This document shows positions 36,135 to 49,840 of a stretch of DNA of 64,000 bases, piece after piece. The notes under the pieces were generated by a model. That model was not told where the DNA came from and did not search any database. It was given only the letters and a program-made list of their open reading frames with translations. The DNA is taken from NCBI GenBank assembly GCA_002633005.1, contig NMRA01000842.1, positions 59,928 to 123,927 of the forward strand. Direction: 5' to 3'. Position 1 is the first letter of the stretch; each line of letters starts with the position of its first letter. The position numbers and the translations under genes were made by a program. Source of the DNA: Phoronis australis (taxonomy: Eukaryota; Animalia; Phoronida).

Positions 36135-38087
36135 CTCGCTGGTTCCCTGCGTGTCTCCTTCTCCCTGACGGACATCATTTAATTTTCCTCGGGGAAAACT
36201 TTTTACTCTAGCCTTTCTGATTGGCTGGTTGAATTGTCAACAGGTAGTGCTTAATACGTAAACAAACCCGCGTGACTGATGGAGGAAGTGTAAATGTGGA
36301 TTATAGTTTGTGGTCTGTTGTACAGACAGATTGGGATATGTTCAAGAACACGGGTGAGAAACAACATGACCGCCGGTCCTCTAAACAGGACCTCCGGGGA
36401 TCAAATGGGACCGCCGCACCAGAAAATGGGACTGACGCACCCAAAAACATGACCGCCCCACCACAAAACAGGACCGCCGGGGACTGAGTAGTTAAGGCCT
36501 TTGTGTGATACTGCGGGTTATGACGTAACCGGTCAGATAGCTGTGTAAAGACTATCGCCAAAATAAAGCTTGACAGCCTTGCGTTATTGAGCTCCGTTAC
36601 ATCCCCGACATTGCCCACAGCCCGGGTAGTTCTGCTCGTCACCTCGTCGTGGAACTTACATCAACATGTAGTAGAGCGCGCGACCGATGCAGGCGCATGC
36701 AAAATCTAGGCGTCAACCAACACTCACCTTGCAGTTTGCAACCGCTTGAGTGAAAAACAATCTAATGAACTGTTGTAATAATAAGTGACATGTGCACGCG
36801 CCATTTCCTCAGAAAAATTTTGAGACATCTTTCGAAAGATGATGACAACTTGGCGGCAACAAGGTTTGTTATGAAATTCGGTTTGCTGGTATTAAAGTAC
36901 TGAAAACTTATAACGAAATGAAACCAGTTTCGATAATTTGTTGTGCCAGGTACGCAACCTTGTAGAAGGACAGTTGACTGAAGAATCGGGGGAAAAGGAA
37001 CCGGCCAATGTAAGCCGACTTAAGAGAACGCAGAATAACGACAGAACGACAATTTCTCTCGAGCGCCGATGAAATAATTTAGTTTACTCAAGGAAGAGTG
37101 TCGTTAAAAAAAATTCGCCGGGTAAAGATTTTACATGTTCAGTTTTTTACCCACATCGGCGCAAAGCTGTACATTTAATGTACAGCTTTGCCGCACAAAG
37201 GCAGCTAGTATGATGATGCTTCACCCGAGAACCAGAACGTCCGTTTTTTTACTTGACTAACTTTAAACGTCAAATTGGAGAAAATGATTTTCATTTTGTT
37301 CTAAAACTTATGCAGTGGATAAAATTATAATTATTTAGCTCAAAAGCGTACAACGAGGTTGTTTTGTGTTAGATTTATTAAATGTTGACCTTTCAACTGT
37401 TTATAAGTCACATACCGCAGCCGGGAGCCTGGTGATGAGTAAAACTCAAAAGCGCCGCGTATTACAAAGCGAAGTGTCCTTTGTTGCTCACAAAAGATTT
37501 CGGTGGATTAATCGGCACAAGACCTGCATATGCATACGTATATAGCCCCATTGTATGATCTGTGTAGGCCTAACGGTAATAAATCTTAGCCTGTTAGTTG
37601 TTGCGGTTTTAGTCCCCGGCGGTCCTGTTTTGTGGTGGGGCGGTCATGTTTTTGGGTGCGTCAGTCCCATTTTCTGGTGCGGCGGTCCCATTTGATCCCC
37701 GGAGGTCCTGTTTAGAGGACCGGCGGTCATGTTGTTTCTCACCCGTGAAGAAATGTGCATCGGAAAGATGTGGTTGTGCGTTTTCGGGGTGCGTTTTCCT
37801 ACTTTTTATGTTGCCACAGTGTCGTTTTGGGCTATCGATGTTAAGCTCATGAACTCCAAGCCAGGTCGCAGATAACTGTACTTGATCTCTGCTAATGTTG
37901 TTGACACTGTAGAGGGAAAACTCTGTTGGCAAATTGTTGACAAGGCTAAATATCGTCCACAGTCCGCCATTTTCTTTCTTAGTTGTAAAGGTAAAGAATG
38001 ACTGCCGAGGTTACATCAACCAGTGATAGAGTGCGTTCTGCTGAATGATACTGCATGTCCCCTTACTCCTAGCGGTACTCCAGCGAG
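36135..38087. mobile_element. Mutator-like non-autonomous element (~550 bp) interrupted by a 1.4-kb insertion
   Basis: Ends CTCGCTGG...CCAGCGAG; 9-bp flanks TACTTGAGG (36126-34) and TACTAGAGG (38088-96). Confidence 0.8.
36349..37747. mobile_element. 1399-bp non-autonomous DNA transposon with perfect 137-bp TIRs (CACGGGTGAG...) and a 5-bp TSD
   Basis: TIRs 36349-36485 and 37611-37747; TSD AAGAA at 36344-48 and 37748-52, confirmed by the empty site in the paralog at ~23325. Confidence 0.92.
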
Positions 38088-39667
38088 TACTAGAGGAAGC
38101 CAGAACAAAGAACATTTTTGTGAACTGCAGTTTTGCAGCTGATGAAGTTGCGAATCTCTCTGAATACAAAAATAAACAATTTGTGACTTAGGTGAGGTTT
38201 GTTTTGTCAAGAAATTAGTGGCTTCCCAGGGATGCACAAGTTCACTGAAAATTACGCCATTTTCAATTTCACTGCGATTTCAGTGATAGGGAGGCGTTAT
38301 TGCCATACCTGGTATGGGTTGAGCACAAAGTGCTGAGCTGAGAGATTATGGTGCACATTTGGTTCCATTAAAACTGCATTGATTACCTTGTGCCATCGTT
38401 GAGTGCAGAATTACAGTCATTTAAATACAAATGAGTGACTACATTTCATTTGGATCGATATTGATCCGCTGGTTTCCTTTTTGATATTTTTTCACGTAAA
38501 AATTCCATAGGCCATTCCCTGTCAGTACTACTATGTACTCCTACGCATGTTGTGTCAGTAAATCGCGACTTTGTGCTAAGAAATCAATATGAGAGAACTT
38601 TATCAGACCATAGTGAGCTCTGCATAGATGGTCCCTCTGCTCCAGTGGGTGCTGTCAGTGCAATATGGCACATGAGAGAGCCACTATGGAATTCAGTTAG
38701 ACAGTGGCCATCTTTTATCTTCACCACATGGATATAAACTTTGACATGCCCCCAAGTTATAATTCCCATTATTTCATTCCTTGGTTTCTATTTTAGCCAA
38801 AAGCAGAGTCCAAACTGTAAGTCTTAAATAGGAATTGATGTAGTTATTTTCTTCAGGGACTGAGTCAAGTTAAAAAATTCCACCTCTGCATTAGAAGAAT
38901 TACTGTAAGAAGTGGAAAACGGCGCTCATATTCTCTCACCTTGAGCTCTCATTTTGGGAACCTAGTGGATGGACTCTGTACTATAATTATAGGTCTTAAT
39001 TTTCGTGTCACCCAATGTTTCTTTAGCAGTTTGAGGAAACCACTTTAATTCATGCCGGTAATTAATCATTCTATTAGTTAATTAAAATGTTTTTTGGCAT
39101 TGATTTTAAACTAGTTGATAGGTATGAGCAGATCTGTGTCAGAACGTATGTAGATGATTACAGAAGCAAAAAGTCATGTGGAGTTCGAATGTTCAGCAAA
39201 ATTATGTCAAACAACTACCAAACTACCATACTGCTTGCAGTTACTGCCCAGAGCACTTGGATTGGGGAATCTCTCAAAATTGTGGTGATCAAAACAACAT
39301 TTTGAGAAGTCGTAGGTGTTGGCTTTTCGGAATGACCAATAGTGTTAATAGCCAGGTAGCTGTATAGAAATGGGACTTCACATACAGGTAGTCACATAAA
39401 GCATTAATGGGTGGATTCACTGGATTGTAGACAATGTACTAAGTGACAAAGTGATGGTGCAGAGTAATGCGAACAAGCTTACACAACCCATTTTCACCTT
39501 TTTCTATGCAAATGTTACACGTATGTAATGAGGTTGCCTCTCACTTCCTTGCGCGAATGCTTTCATTTTTTCACACGAATCTGATAAGTTAGATCGTATA
39601 AGTCGTTGATTAGCATAATTTATTAGAATGCAGATATGCAAGAAGAGTATTGTATACTTGAGTAAAA

Positions 39668-39751
39668 AACTGCAGAGTGTCCTGACCAAATAAAGAACTG
39701 CAGAGTGTCCTGACCAAATAAAGAACTGCAGAGTATCTTGACCAAATAAGG
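39668..39751. repeat. 28-bp tandem repeat x3
   Basis: AACTGCAGAGTGTCCTGACCAAATAAAG. Confidence 0.85.
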
Positions 39752-40490
39752 TTAAGGCTGTGATTGATACTAAAGAATATTGAGTTACATACTTTTCAGG
39801 AGGTATCTCAGGTGAGGTATTCACGAAGGCACAGACACAAGTCTTGGTCGTGTAAAGTAGGCATGGTCGATGAGAGGAGCATGGGTGCTTAAGTTTGTGA
39901 ACATTTGGAACATTCGCGGGTGCTCGGTAATAGTTGGGTATGGGCCTTGTGCTAAGTAATAGTTGAGTATGGGCCTTAAGCAGGACAAGTGTGGTATTAT
40001 TGATTTCTGCGTTGTTTTTCACCGTCTCGCCTGATGCATGTGTCACAGGTGGGATTATACCCGGGAATCAGGGAACATCGGTTGGTAGACTGTTGGTTTG
40101 ACTTGTTTTCCTCTCAGCTGCTGGTTCAAAGAATCACACCCTGGTGAAGAACCACACCAAGCATCACTTTATCTGGTTTGAAGATGTGTGCAAGTTTAAG
40201 CATGTGGAATACAAGGAATTTCTAATATCCTAAGTGTCCAACCACAATTATTCACATGTGCCCCCTATGCAGATTCCTTTGGTGAATACCTGATCTGTGG
40301 TTTGCTTGTGTTTGTTGTACATTGACCCTGTGGTCTCCTAACCTGTGGTCTACCACAATCAATGTCCAATCTCAACATATAACAAAAGGGCCTCACACAT
40401 TTCCTTTCATTTCACCTGGTCAGGAGTCCATTCACCCAGTGTTACCTGCTCTTGGTATGTTGACAACAACAGTTGAATCCAAGACCGCTT

Positions 40491-41150
40491 GTGAGAAACA
40501 ACATCACCACCAGACTCAAAACACCACCGCTGGTTCTCCAAATCAGACCGACTCGCCACAAAACAGGACCCACGGGGATCAAATGGGACCTCCGCACTAG
40601 GAAATGGGACCGATGCACCTAAAAACATGACCGCCCCACCACAAAAGAGGATGCCCGGAGACTGAACATGACCGTGTGGGATTGAAACTTGACTGCAATG
40701 ACAGTCAGGATAAGTTTATGACCAGTCAATTGACTGTGTAGGCCTATACCATTTATAAAATGGGGATTCTCCAATTTGATGTTTTTAGTCAAGTCAAAAA
40801 ATGGGCGTTCCTGTTATTGGGTTAACAGTATCATCATAACTAGCCTTGGTGCGACAAAGCTGTATACTAAATATACGGCCGATAGTCTTCATACAGCTAG
40901 CTGACCGGTTACGTCATAACCCGCAGTATCACACAAAGCCATTCATAACTAAGTTTTGTCCAGCAGTCACGTTCAGTCTCCGACGATCCTATTTTCTGGT
41001 GGTGCAGTCATGTTTTTAGGTGCGCCGGTCCCATTTTTTGGTGCGGCGGTCCCATTTGATTCCCGTACGTCCTGTTTTGTGGTGAGTTGGTCTGATTTGG
41101 ATGACTGGTGGTCATGTTTTGGGTTTGGTGGTCATGTTGTTTCACCCATG
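40491..41150. mobile_element. Older, internally deleted member of the CA(C/T)GGGTG long-TIR family
   Basis: Diverged TIRs built from AAACATGACC/AAATGGGACC subunits; right end ...CACCCATG; shares interior TGACCGGTTACGTCATAACCCGCAGTATCACACAAAG with the reverse complement of the 36.5-kb copy. Confidence 0.8.
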
Positions 41151-41189
41151 AAAACCTGCTGACAACATATTGTACATCCACAATGTTAG

Positions 41190-41450
41190 GTTCACAAATT
41201 GGTCTCCCATGGCCTCTCCCATGGCCTTACCATTGCAGATTCACAAATTGGGCCCCATTGCCTTACCGGTAGAGGTTCATCACAAATTGATACCCCATAG
41301 CCTTTCCATTTGAGGTTCATCACTCCATTGGCCATACCATTGGAGGTCCTTTACCCCATGACCTTACCATTGGCAGATCACAAGTTTGGCCCCATGGCTT
41401 TACCATTGTAGGTTCATCACAAATTGGTATCCCATGGCCATACCATTGGT
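41190..41450. repeat. Degenerate ~40-bp tandem array (CACAAATTGG..CCCATGGCC.TACCATTG)
   Basis: Read directly. Confidence 0.7.
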
Positions 41451-44204
41451 TAAATACACTTTCTTACATTTTCAACAATTTGGAACACAGAGAAAAGTTT
41501 CATCAATTAGGAGATATGATAGTCATCCACTTCTAAAACCTGTATTTCCAGTGCCTAAAAATGAAAATCTCATAATCCCTTAAATTCTCAGTGAGTTTCA
41601 TAATATACAATAACATTGAAACCGTCAGCATCTCAGGAAATGACTGCAAATTTTATTTGGGTTGGCTTATCCTAAAACTGCATAATGGTGCAAATACGTA
41701 TTTTTTGTGGCTTGAGTTGGTAATGGAAATAATATCCTAGATAAGGTATGTTGTGAGATCGATGTTATGCCTGCGTAATTTTTGTGGTGTTGGAGCGCCA
41801 CCTTGCGATAACTTCAATGACGTACACAAGAATGTGCATTGACTTCTTTGCCTGTTAACTAACTACCTAAGCGAGGCTGGAAAGTTTATCTAAACTTGAC
41901 AGTTGACATCTTAATTGCTCCTTTTGTAGAAGTTGGTATGTATAACTAAAAACCTAAATTAGTGTGCTTTCTAAGAAAAAAATATTGCATCAGTGTAAGT
42001 CTTAATAATCCCGGTCAATTGACGCCTAACAAATAAATGACCATATTTTGTTTTGACCCCATGCTTACAGTCTTGTGAACAAAACTGAAATGAGCGAATG
42101 ATAAATATAGGTTTCCAACTACTTTTGTTCATGGAATTGTCATAGGTGGTTATGAGGTTATGCAATCACTTTATTATTGTTGTTATTGTTATTATTGTGG
42201 AATTGTGTAAGCATCTGAATAATTCTTGAATTGAGTTTTTGGTAAGAAAATGTTTTTGTCTTTAAGATATTCCCATTAATATGTGTTGTATGCTGACCTT
42301 TTTCTCCAGTTCTGATACTTCAGTTTTGTTACCTGTACACAAAGTTGCTTACCCCAAGCCAATCTAGAAGTTCACTCCCATTGACATGTTTATTTGTCTG
42401 GCTTGAATCATTAATTACCATTGGGTACATGATTGATTTCACTAGTGACTTTCACCTAGATAGTCTGATGTTTGGCTGTTGGTCCATAGGCTCTCATACC
42501 AGCATAGTGATTCATCTTATGTGTGTCTGACATGACATTGCATCAAGTTGGCAAATTTTGATAGATGTTCAACATGTTCTCTGATTCACACATTTTCCAA
42601 GAAACCTGGAATTGAGCCAGTCTGCTCTGATTAGGCAAGTCCAATGTTCCCTGATTATGTAATACAGCACAACAAGATCCTCCAATGGGAGACTGTCTGG
42701 TAGTTCTGAGATAAACAAGGAAACACATTGCACTGTGTAAACAAACATGGTTGAGTATGCTTCAGTTCCTCATGCATTGTTAATAAAAGGATTTTCCCTG
42801 AAATGTCAATATAAATGACTGGTTGTTACCTGGTTCCCCTAGCTAGCACTGTCCTCCACATCAAGACTCCTGTTGTCTGCCTGATGTTGTGAGGTTCCTG
42901 TTGTAATCAGTACAATGTAGTAGTGTGATAATGTCAGTGCATTTGATTAATTCAGAGGCCAGGAACTTCCCCTGACAACAGCAACTAGAAATGCGAGAAA
43001 TATTACATCCTTTCATAATATGACCATGTTTTTATTTGAAAAATAATTGCCATTGAATTGCTGATGTCAGTCTTTACAAGAGATAAAATCGACAAATGTG
43101 GTGCATTCTGGGTATTTGCAAGTTAACAACAAGCTTTTTTAAGTACCAATCCTTGTTTCCTCTCACCTCCAGTGCACAATAATACTTCAGTTAATTTGCT
43201 CAGAAATAATTGCTTTTCCCATTTTTTCACTATACCAATGCTTCAATTTCTGACTTGTGTGACCCATGGATGAGAAGAATGAGCCTATAAAATTCATTCC
43301 AAGTTGGTCCTTTAAATATGCTATCTAATTAGAAGAGGAATTTAGGCTAATTGCTTGATCCCTACTTAGAGTACAGGTTTGGTGACCTCGCGTGCATTCA
43401 GTAAAGCTGGAACCTATGCTAGGACCTAGCTAAATCTAGCCAAAGTCACATGATCTCATTTAAAATACACGGCAATATCTCGCGTAATTTCGCGAAGTCT
43501 TGCTTTTTAACGAGGTCCTAGCGCTACTGAGTGGGAGGCTGGTGTCCTCACAACAGAGGTGTATAGGATTTGTTCACAGCCTGGATCCTGTTCTAGAATC
43601 CTGTTTGTGCTATCTGTGTTGAAAGATCACCTGACACCATGGAACACAGGATGTGTGTGGGCGGTGAGTGGCCTCACAACCTGTAAACAATCAAGGTATA
43701 TCTCTAGACAGGCAATCATGTCAGTTAAGCTTTATTACAAGGTCCAGTCATTGAGTCATGCAACAAATATTTGCGCATATTTATATTACAATTGATGTTT
43801 TACTCTTTTACTAAATGTGGAAAGAGTTTTTTTCTCACGAGATGAACATTATTCCAGGAAATAAGTGTTTGGTTTAATCCACCGTAGTTTTTGAATGTAA
43901 GGTGGGATTGTTGGCTCATCTTACGACATCATAGATAACTTGTGCATATTTAATTAGTGCAGATTTCTGCAGACATAACATTAAACTTGGAGAAAAAACT
44001 GTTCACTTAGGGAATGTAATCACAATCCAATTTCACTGACCAAGGGCAGTGTTGCTGCTAATATTTTGCTCAGATATTCACCAGTCTAATTAGAAATAAG
44101 TGTTATGTCAATTATCACATATACCAATATGCTCGCATAAAAATTTTTAACGCGCATGGGATGGATAATCGCCAATACTCATCGAATGCACCTGATGCAT
44201 CAGT

Positions 44205-44288
44205 GATGGCAGCATCACCAACCGTTCACTTTGATGATGGCAGCGTCACCAACCGTTCACTTTGATGATGGCAGCGTCACCAACCGTT
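44205..44288. repeat. ~30-bp tandem repeat x3 (GATGGCAGCGTCACCAACCGTTCACTTTGAT)
   Basis: Read directly. Confidence 0.85.
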
Positions 44289-46509
44289 TATCCCGATGCC
44301 ATTACCAACTGAAGCTGGTGAACGGTTCGACCAATGTCGCACTTTACGTTGACTCTCTGCTCATACGGAAGTTCAGTTAGTACGAAGGGCCTCATAAGTT
44401 GATAATAATGTAATGGTTAGATGTGCGTCTGGAAGCAGACCGTCTTCCGAATTTTGTGCCTTAGACGTGGTATCCATTGACTAAATTCATCTGGAGCCAT
44501 CCATGTTTGAACTTTTTTAGTTCTCATAGCTTGAGGTTTCATTGCTTGGCATTGATGTTGTACTCGTGGGAGTTTTGTTGTGCGTGTATTAATATACAGA
44601 GGGACATATCTGATAGGCTGATTACTTTGGCTAATTCAATTCTCATGTTCCATCAATATCGTTCAATACACCCCCTAAATATAGAACCCAGCTGAAGTAT
44701 TTTTAGTGAACACAAGGTTTCTACAGGTAATCTTACTACATTGAGAAAATTGACAGACCTCTTTTTCACACTAACATAAAAGAAACAGTACTAGGACAGG
44801 GAGTACAATCTTATCGTTTGATTTTGTATGTCCAGTTATATAAATTATGTTCAAGTAAGCTGGTGTTTGAGTTGTTGTGTCCATTCTGTATAACTTGAAC
44901 TAAAGATATCAAAGGTAGTAATTATACCGCTTATCACATGCTGGCATTCTTTAGATTTCAATTTGAATTACTGATCTACTAGTTTTGTACAGGTTTGGGC
45001 AAGTGTGTTGTCAAGTTCTATATGAATGCAAATAATTTGTCAAACTGTTTCAAGGCTACATGTGAACTGTGGGACATCACATCTCAGAAACAGCCAATTG
45101 AATTCATATGAAACTGTCGCATATTGTGTTTTCTCGCCTGCTTCTTCAAAACCCTGTTTTCAAAATGTTGCACTTTTACTTGAAGCGTTATCAAACGTAC
45201 AGTTTGTATGATATTGATGAAGTTGCGTGAATGGAAAACAAAATGATTTCTTTAGAATTCTGCAAAAAAACATTTTTTGAGTTCTCATCTTGAACATTTA
45301 TATCAAATAAAATTTGGTACTGTTGTTTTGCTATGGCTGTACCTTTCTTTATTTTAATTCAGACATGGTTATGTGACCCAATTAGTGGCAGATTGACAAT
45401 AACTCTAACTTGTAAAATTCTAAAGGCTTTCTACTTTCAGAACATGACTTTGTTATTGGAGTTGAATGGTAACAGTGGCCTTTAATTATTGAAGAGATGG
45501 GGCTTTGTTATAGATCTTGAACCAACCATTTTCGTCAGTTTGAGGAAATCAGAAACATGTGCGTTCAGTACCATGACATAATCGCCAATACCTATATTTA
45601 ATCTTTTTACAGAACCCTGACCCACATGCGGAATGCAGCCTGTTTGAGGTCTTTCCATCAGTTCATAGTCTGTGGACAGCATTAACTGTGAAACCTACAT
45701 CTAACTTAACTGTGAACCTTACATCAAACTAATCTGTCTAGTTGCTGTTACACTGCAGGAAATCATCCCTGATTTAAAGTTGTGACATTGATTTTGTGAC
45801 CTCAAGGAGGTTGACTTAAAATTCTAGGTTGACTTAGTTGAATTAGATAGCTGCTGCATTGATTTGAGCGATGTGCGCGGAGGTCTTGTTCTCACGGTGT
45901 TTCCCACGCGTCACATGACATTTTATGTGAGTAGATATGACTTGAAGGACTTGACTGTCTGCCAAGAATTGATCCAACGTTCACATGCACAGCCTTGCAG
46001 CACATGACCATGTGATTCACCCATCTTGGTCACCCTTAACATGCACCTCCAGGCCCTCACTGGTCATATTTTGATTAAATACACTGCCTGTCTGCTTGAG
46101 ATGTTAATGGGCTTGTGAGATATGTCACAACAGGTTTTTGGCGGACAAAGCCTAGTTCCCAAAGCCTACTCCATCAAATTCCTGTGTTTTTCACCACTCA
46201 TGTCTCAGCTGGCACTGTGTGAGCTTGGTCCAGTCTGATGAGATAGCAGGCAACATTTAACTAATCTATTTCTCTCTTGGGATTTTGATTTTTGTCTAAT
46301 GTCCCTTTCTAAATGTGGATGCTTCAGTGCAATTGTGGCATTCACATTAATGTTGCCTTTTCAAACGAGAAATGGTCAGTTTTGGCAGTTATTACTTGGT
46401 GAAATAGAATTTCTCCAAGTATGTTGCTCTGACATCAAGTTTTTTTTGTTTGCACTCTACAGGTCTCATTTTTTGTCTGAATCTTATGAAAGTCACACAC
46501 AACCGTAAG

Positions 46510-47100
46510 TCCCAAAAGTAATGGAATGCTATTGTTTTTCGTCATAATCGGATTCAAAATGGCAGACATGGCAACCATTTTGTTTTCAAATTCAGACTCA
46601 AATGCTCATAGAGTCCGCAGTTTTTGGCGTACTGGGTACGATTCTTGTAGCAGACAGGTATTACAGATGTACCAGAAATAATTTATTTCCAGTCAAAGAT
46701 GGCGGAAGTATCAGCCATTGTGCACGCACACCTCAATTTTGGGACGGAAATGTTTTGTCCTTTAGAGGGCGCACTGTAGGACCAATTGCTTCGAAATTTT
46801 TCACGTGTTAGTTTCTTGTGGGTTGCTAGTATTCTGTGGTGCCTAACCGGAAGTTGATTTCAAGATGGCGGATCTGGCACATTTTCAGTCGTGCTGGGTT
46901 GTTATGGTTAACGGGAAGAGCAAATGATGGGAATTTTCGCATGTTGATTCTTGGAGGTATATTCTAAAATTGGATGAGATGGAACAAATTTTTCTTAGAC
47001 TTACCGTTTTCGAGTTATTTGACATTGAATTTTAAAAAATGCAAAATTTCATTTTTTTTCGAAAAAAATGTGGAATTTTGTGAAATTAATTTGTTACATA
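46510..47100 (-). mobile_element. Helentron/HINE-like non-autonomous repeat, inverted paralog of 52430-53245
   Basis: CAATTGCTTCGAAATTTTTCA.GTGTTAGT is the reverse complement of 52826-52856; repeated CAAGATGGCGG-like motifs. Confidence 0.6.
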
Positions 47101-48689
47101 CAGGTAAAGTTTTTTTAACAGGCTTTCAGAGGATGTTTTCCCTTTTTCGCTGACGTCTCGTTCCAGTGATGCAATCTGATTTCCTACTTCCGGAATGCAG
47201 GAGAGTCTGTGCACCACTGTTGTCGTGGCAGACTTTAGAGGGGACACTTCATTCTCTGTGACAAAGAGAGGGCTCTGTCCCATCTTGTGAACTCCACCCT
47301 CCTTCCATGGTTTATGCAGGCTGCAGCTATAGGTTCAGACCTGAACTTGTTTTCCTGAACCCTGGATGAAGCCTTGGTGTGAAAACAGGTGTTGTAGTTT
47401 ACCTACTATGGCTTTCAGATTGCATCTCATTGATGTTCAGTTGGCCAGCAGTTCATTTGGACTGTGTCCAGATTGTCCATAGGTAAATGCTGGACTCTCT
47501 GATGTGGACCCTTTTTCTGATTTATCTTTATTAAGAAAAGATTATCCCATAATGCAGAAGGGGGACCATGTTCGGAACTTTCTTCAGATTTCTGAATTGT
47601 ATATGAAGGCTTGTTCCAGGCTATTGCACTGTCTTATGAATGTCCAGAATTTAAGATTGCTGTTTAAGTGGTTTTTCCCCAGAATTTTTTGAAAAATCTT
47701 CAGTTCTAGACTAAGAATCAATGTCGCTGACTTCTCAATCAACTAATCAACTGTATTTGTTATGAGTTCCCAATTTCCTGACCATTCCACGCAACAGTTA
47801 TAACAGTGCTTTTTCACTAGAGGCAACGCTTCATTTTTGGCAACGTTTCGGTAAATTGGAAAGGTTGACTCATGCAAGCAGAACTGAGCTGAAATTGTAT
47901 GACTTTTGTACTCGCTGGAACTTTGGTGTGGTGAGAAAGCTCTCTGCGAAACTTCGGTGAAGTTCTCAGCAGAGGTCATGGAAACAGTATTTATTTTGAA
48001 ACCTGCCCCTTATAGCTGGCACCAGGTGGCACTGGGCATAAAAGAAGGATCCCAAATCATTTCAGTTGGCATCGGGTGATTTTTTCTTTTTGAAGATTTA
48101 AGCTGCTAAAAACACTGTAACATTTTATCAGTTTCCAAAAAAATAACATACCAGACTCAATTGTGCTATTTTTGTCCATTTCCTTGTTCTTGATATCTTG
48201 TCCTTGATATTTTATTTTCATTCCATTCATTCCTGACCTTCAAGTTTGTTGTCATGCTAAATTGCTCTAGGGGGATTTCTGTCCTGGGACCATGAGTCAT
48301 AGTCCATTACAACAAAACTTAGATTTCTTCTTTTTTAAAGTTTGAATGTTTAGTGCTTGTTCACTTGCTTGAGTGGTACCAACAGTGGGCTTTTGTCCCT
48401 TTACAATCAAGACTGGACTGGTAAGGTCTAATGGAAGCTTGATTTCCTATGAATTGTGCTTTCAATTGCCTATTGATCTCAAAAACTAGCCACTGCTCTT
48501 TCTTTACTGGCTGTCTAAATGGAGGGCATGAATGAAATGCTGACACTTTTCTGCCTCACCTACCCCAAACACTCTTCATTCACAACCATGTTTGGCCCAG
48601 TGGGTCATCACAATGCTGGAAATTGCTCTGCTATTTGGCAAGTAGATGTAGTTCAATTTTATTGATCACCAATTATTTTGTTAAGAACC

Positions 48690-48834
48690 CAGTACACTAC
48701 TTGTACCTTGTGTTACTGCAGTACACTACTTGTACCTTGTGTTACTGCAGTACACTACTTGTACCTTGTGTTACTGCAGTACACTACTTGTACCTTGTGT
48801 TACTGCAGTACACTACTTGTACCTTGTTTTACTG
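48690..48834. repeat. Minisatellite, 29-bp unit CAGTACACTACTTGTACCTTGTGTTACTG x5
   Basis: Near-perfect copies. Confidence 0.95.
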
Positions 48835-48959
48835 CTTGCCACATGGATTATTAGCATGACACATTGAATGGAATTCCTTTTAAATACCACTCTGTAAATA
48901 TGGTAAATTTTAACCTTTTGATGTATTTCTTACTTCTGATTTTCAGAGGAACAGTTCAG

Positions 48960-49233
48960 TTTGTCAAATCTGCAAGCCACACACAGTCTACAGTTGGTGC
49001 AGAGGTCGTTAAAAACAATACGACATTCATTTTGGATAACTTCTTTTAACATTTTTCTTTAGTTTGTTCCTTCAACGATGTCGCTCGGAGAGCTACTGCG
49101 CATATGCGAGCCACACTCAAGGAGTATTTTTAGACAACACGAGAAATTCAGAAAGAAGTTATCCATCAACGAATGTCCTATCGTTTTTAATGAACTCTGC
49201 GCCAGAGAGGCTCTGCTGCTGAATTATACTAAG
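48960..49233 (+). mobile_element. Penelope-like element remnant (pLTR plus ORF N-terminus)
   Basis: MSLGELL..RQHEKFRKKL..IVFNELCAREALLLNYTK resembles, from recollection, the FNxxCxxExLLPxYT N-terminal motif of Penelope-like ORFs; second copy at ~10.5 kb. Confidence 0.55.
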
Positions 49234-49840
49234 TCTATAGTTGGTTGTACATTTTTGTTCAGTGTTCACACACATTTTTTTCTCCCAGGTTTGATAGCTG
49301 TGATGGTAGTGTAAACAATTGCAGGGATCATTGTCTCTGGTTGTAAAAGTAGGGCTCTGTCACTAGATAACTTATTCCCAGCACATCCGATCCCATCTTA
49401 AAATGGGGAGTAATTAGTGTGGGGATAAGTAAAGCCAGGCAACTTTTGACAAAAGCATGCCTTCAACGTGACCCCGTTCACTTGGTACTCAGATTGCATT
49501 ACCCGTATGCTGTCTGTTCACCTGTTCGCGTGTGGTTTTTCCCTGGATTATGAGATCATAGTCTCCACCAGCTTGGCTTGACTGGGGCTCTTGCCGTAGT
49601 TCTAACCACACGGCTAACTTCAAAGGATATTAAGTGCTTAAATGTCCACACACAGACTTACTTTAGAACAAGTTACTTCTGGAAATGCTGTCTCTTGGTT
49701 TGAGTGCTATGTAGACGTTATTTAAACTAGTACAACTTGCCGCACCTTGTGGAGGTGGGATAACTTGTTCCAGGGTAACTTGCACCACTTCTAATCGCTG
49801 TGTTGCCGCAAACCTGGGTTAGGGTGGAAGTAACTGTCAG

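Noticed and set aside
36272-37932. Identical peptides (TGEKQHDRRSSKQDLRG...) on opposite strands
   Set aside because: Translations of the two TIRs of a non-coding transposon
39504-40046. 180-aa minus-strand ORF in the Bcl-2 intron
   Set aside because: Runs through tandem repeats and has no domain signature
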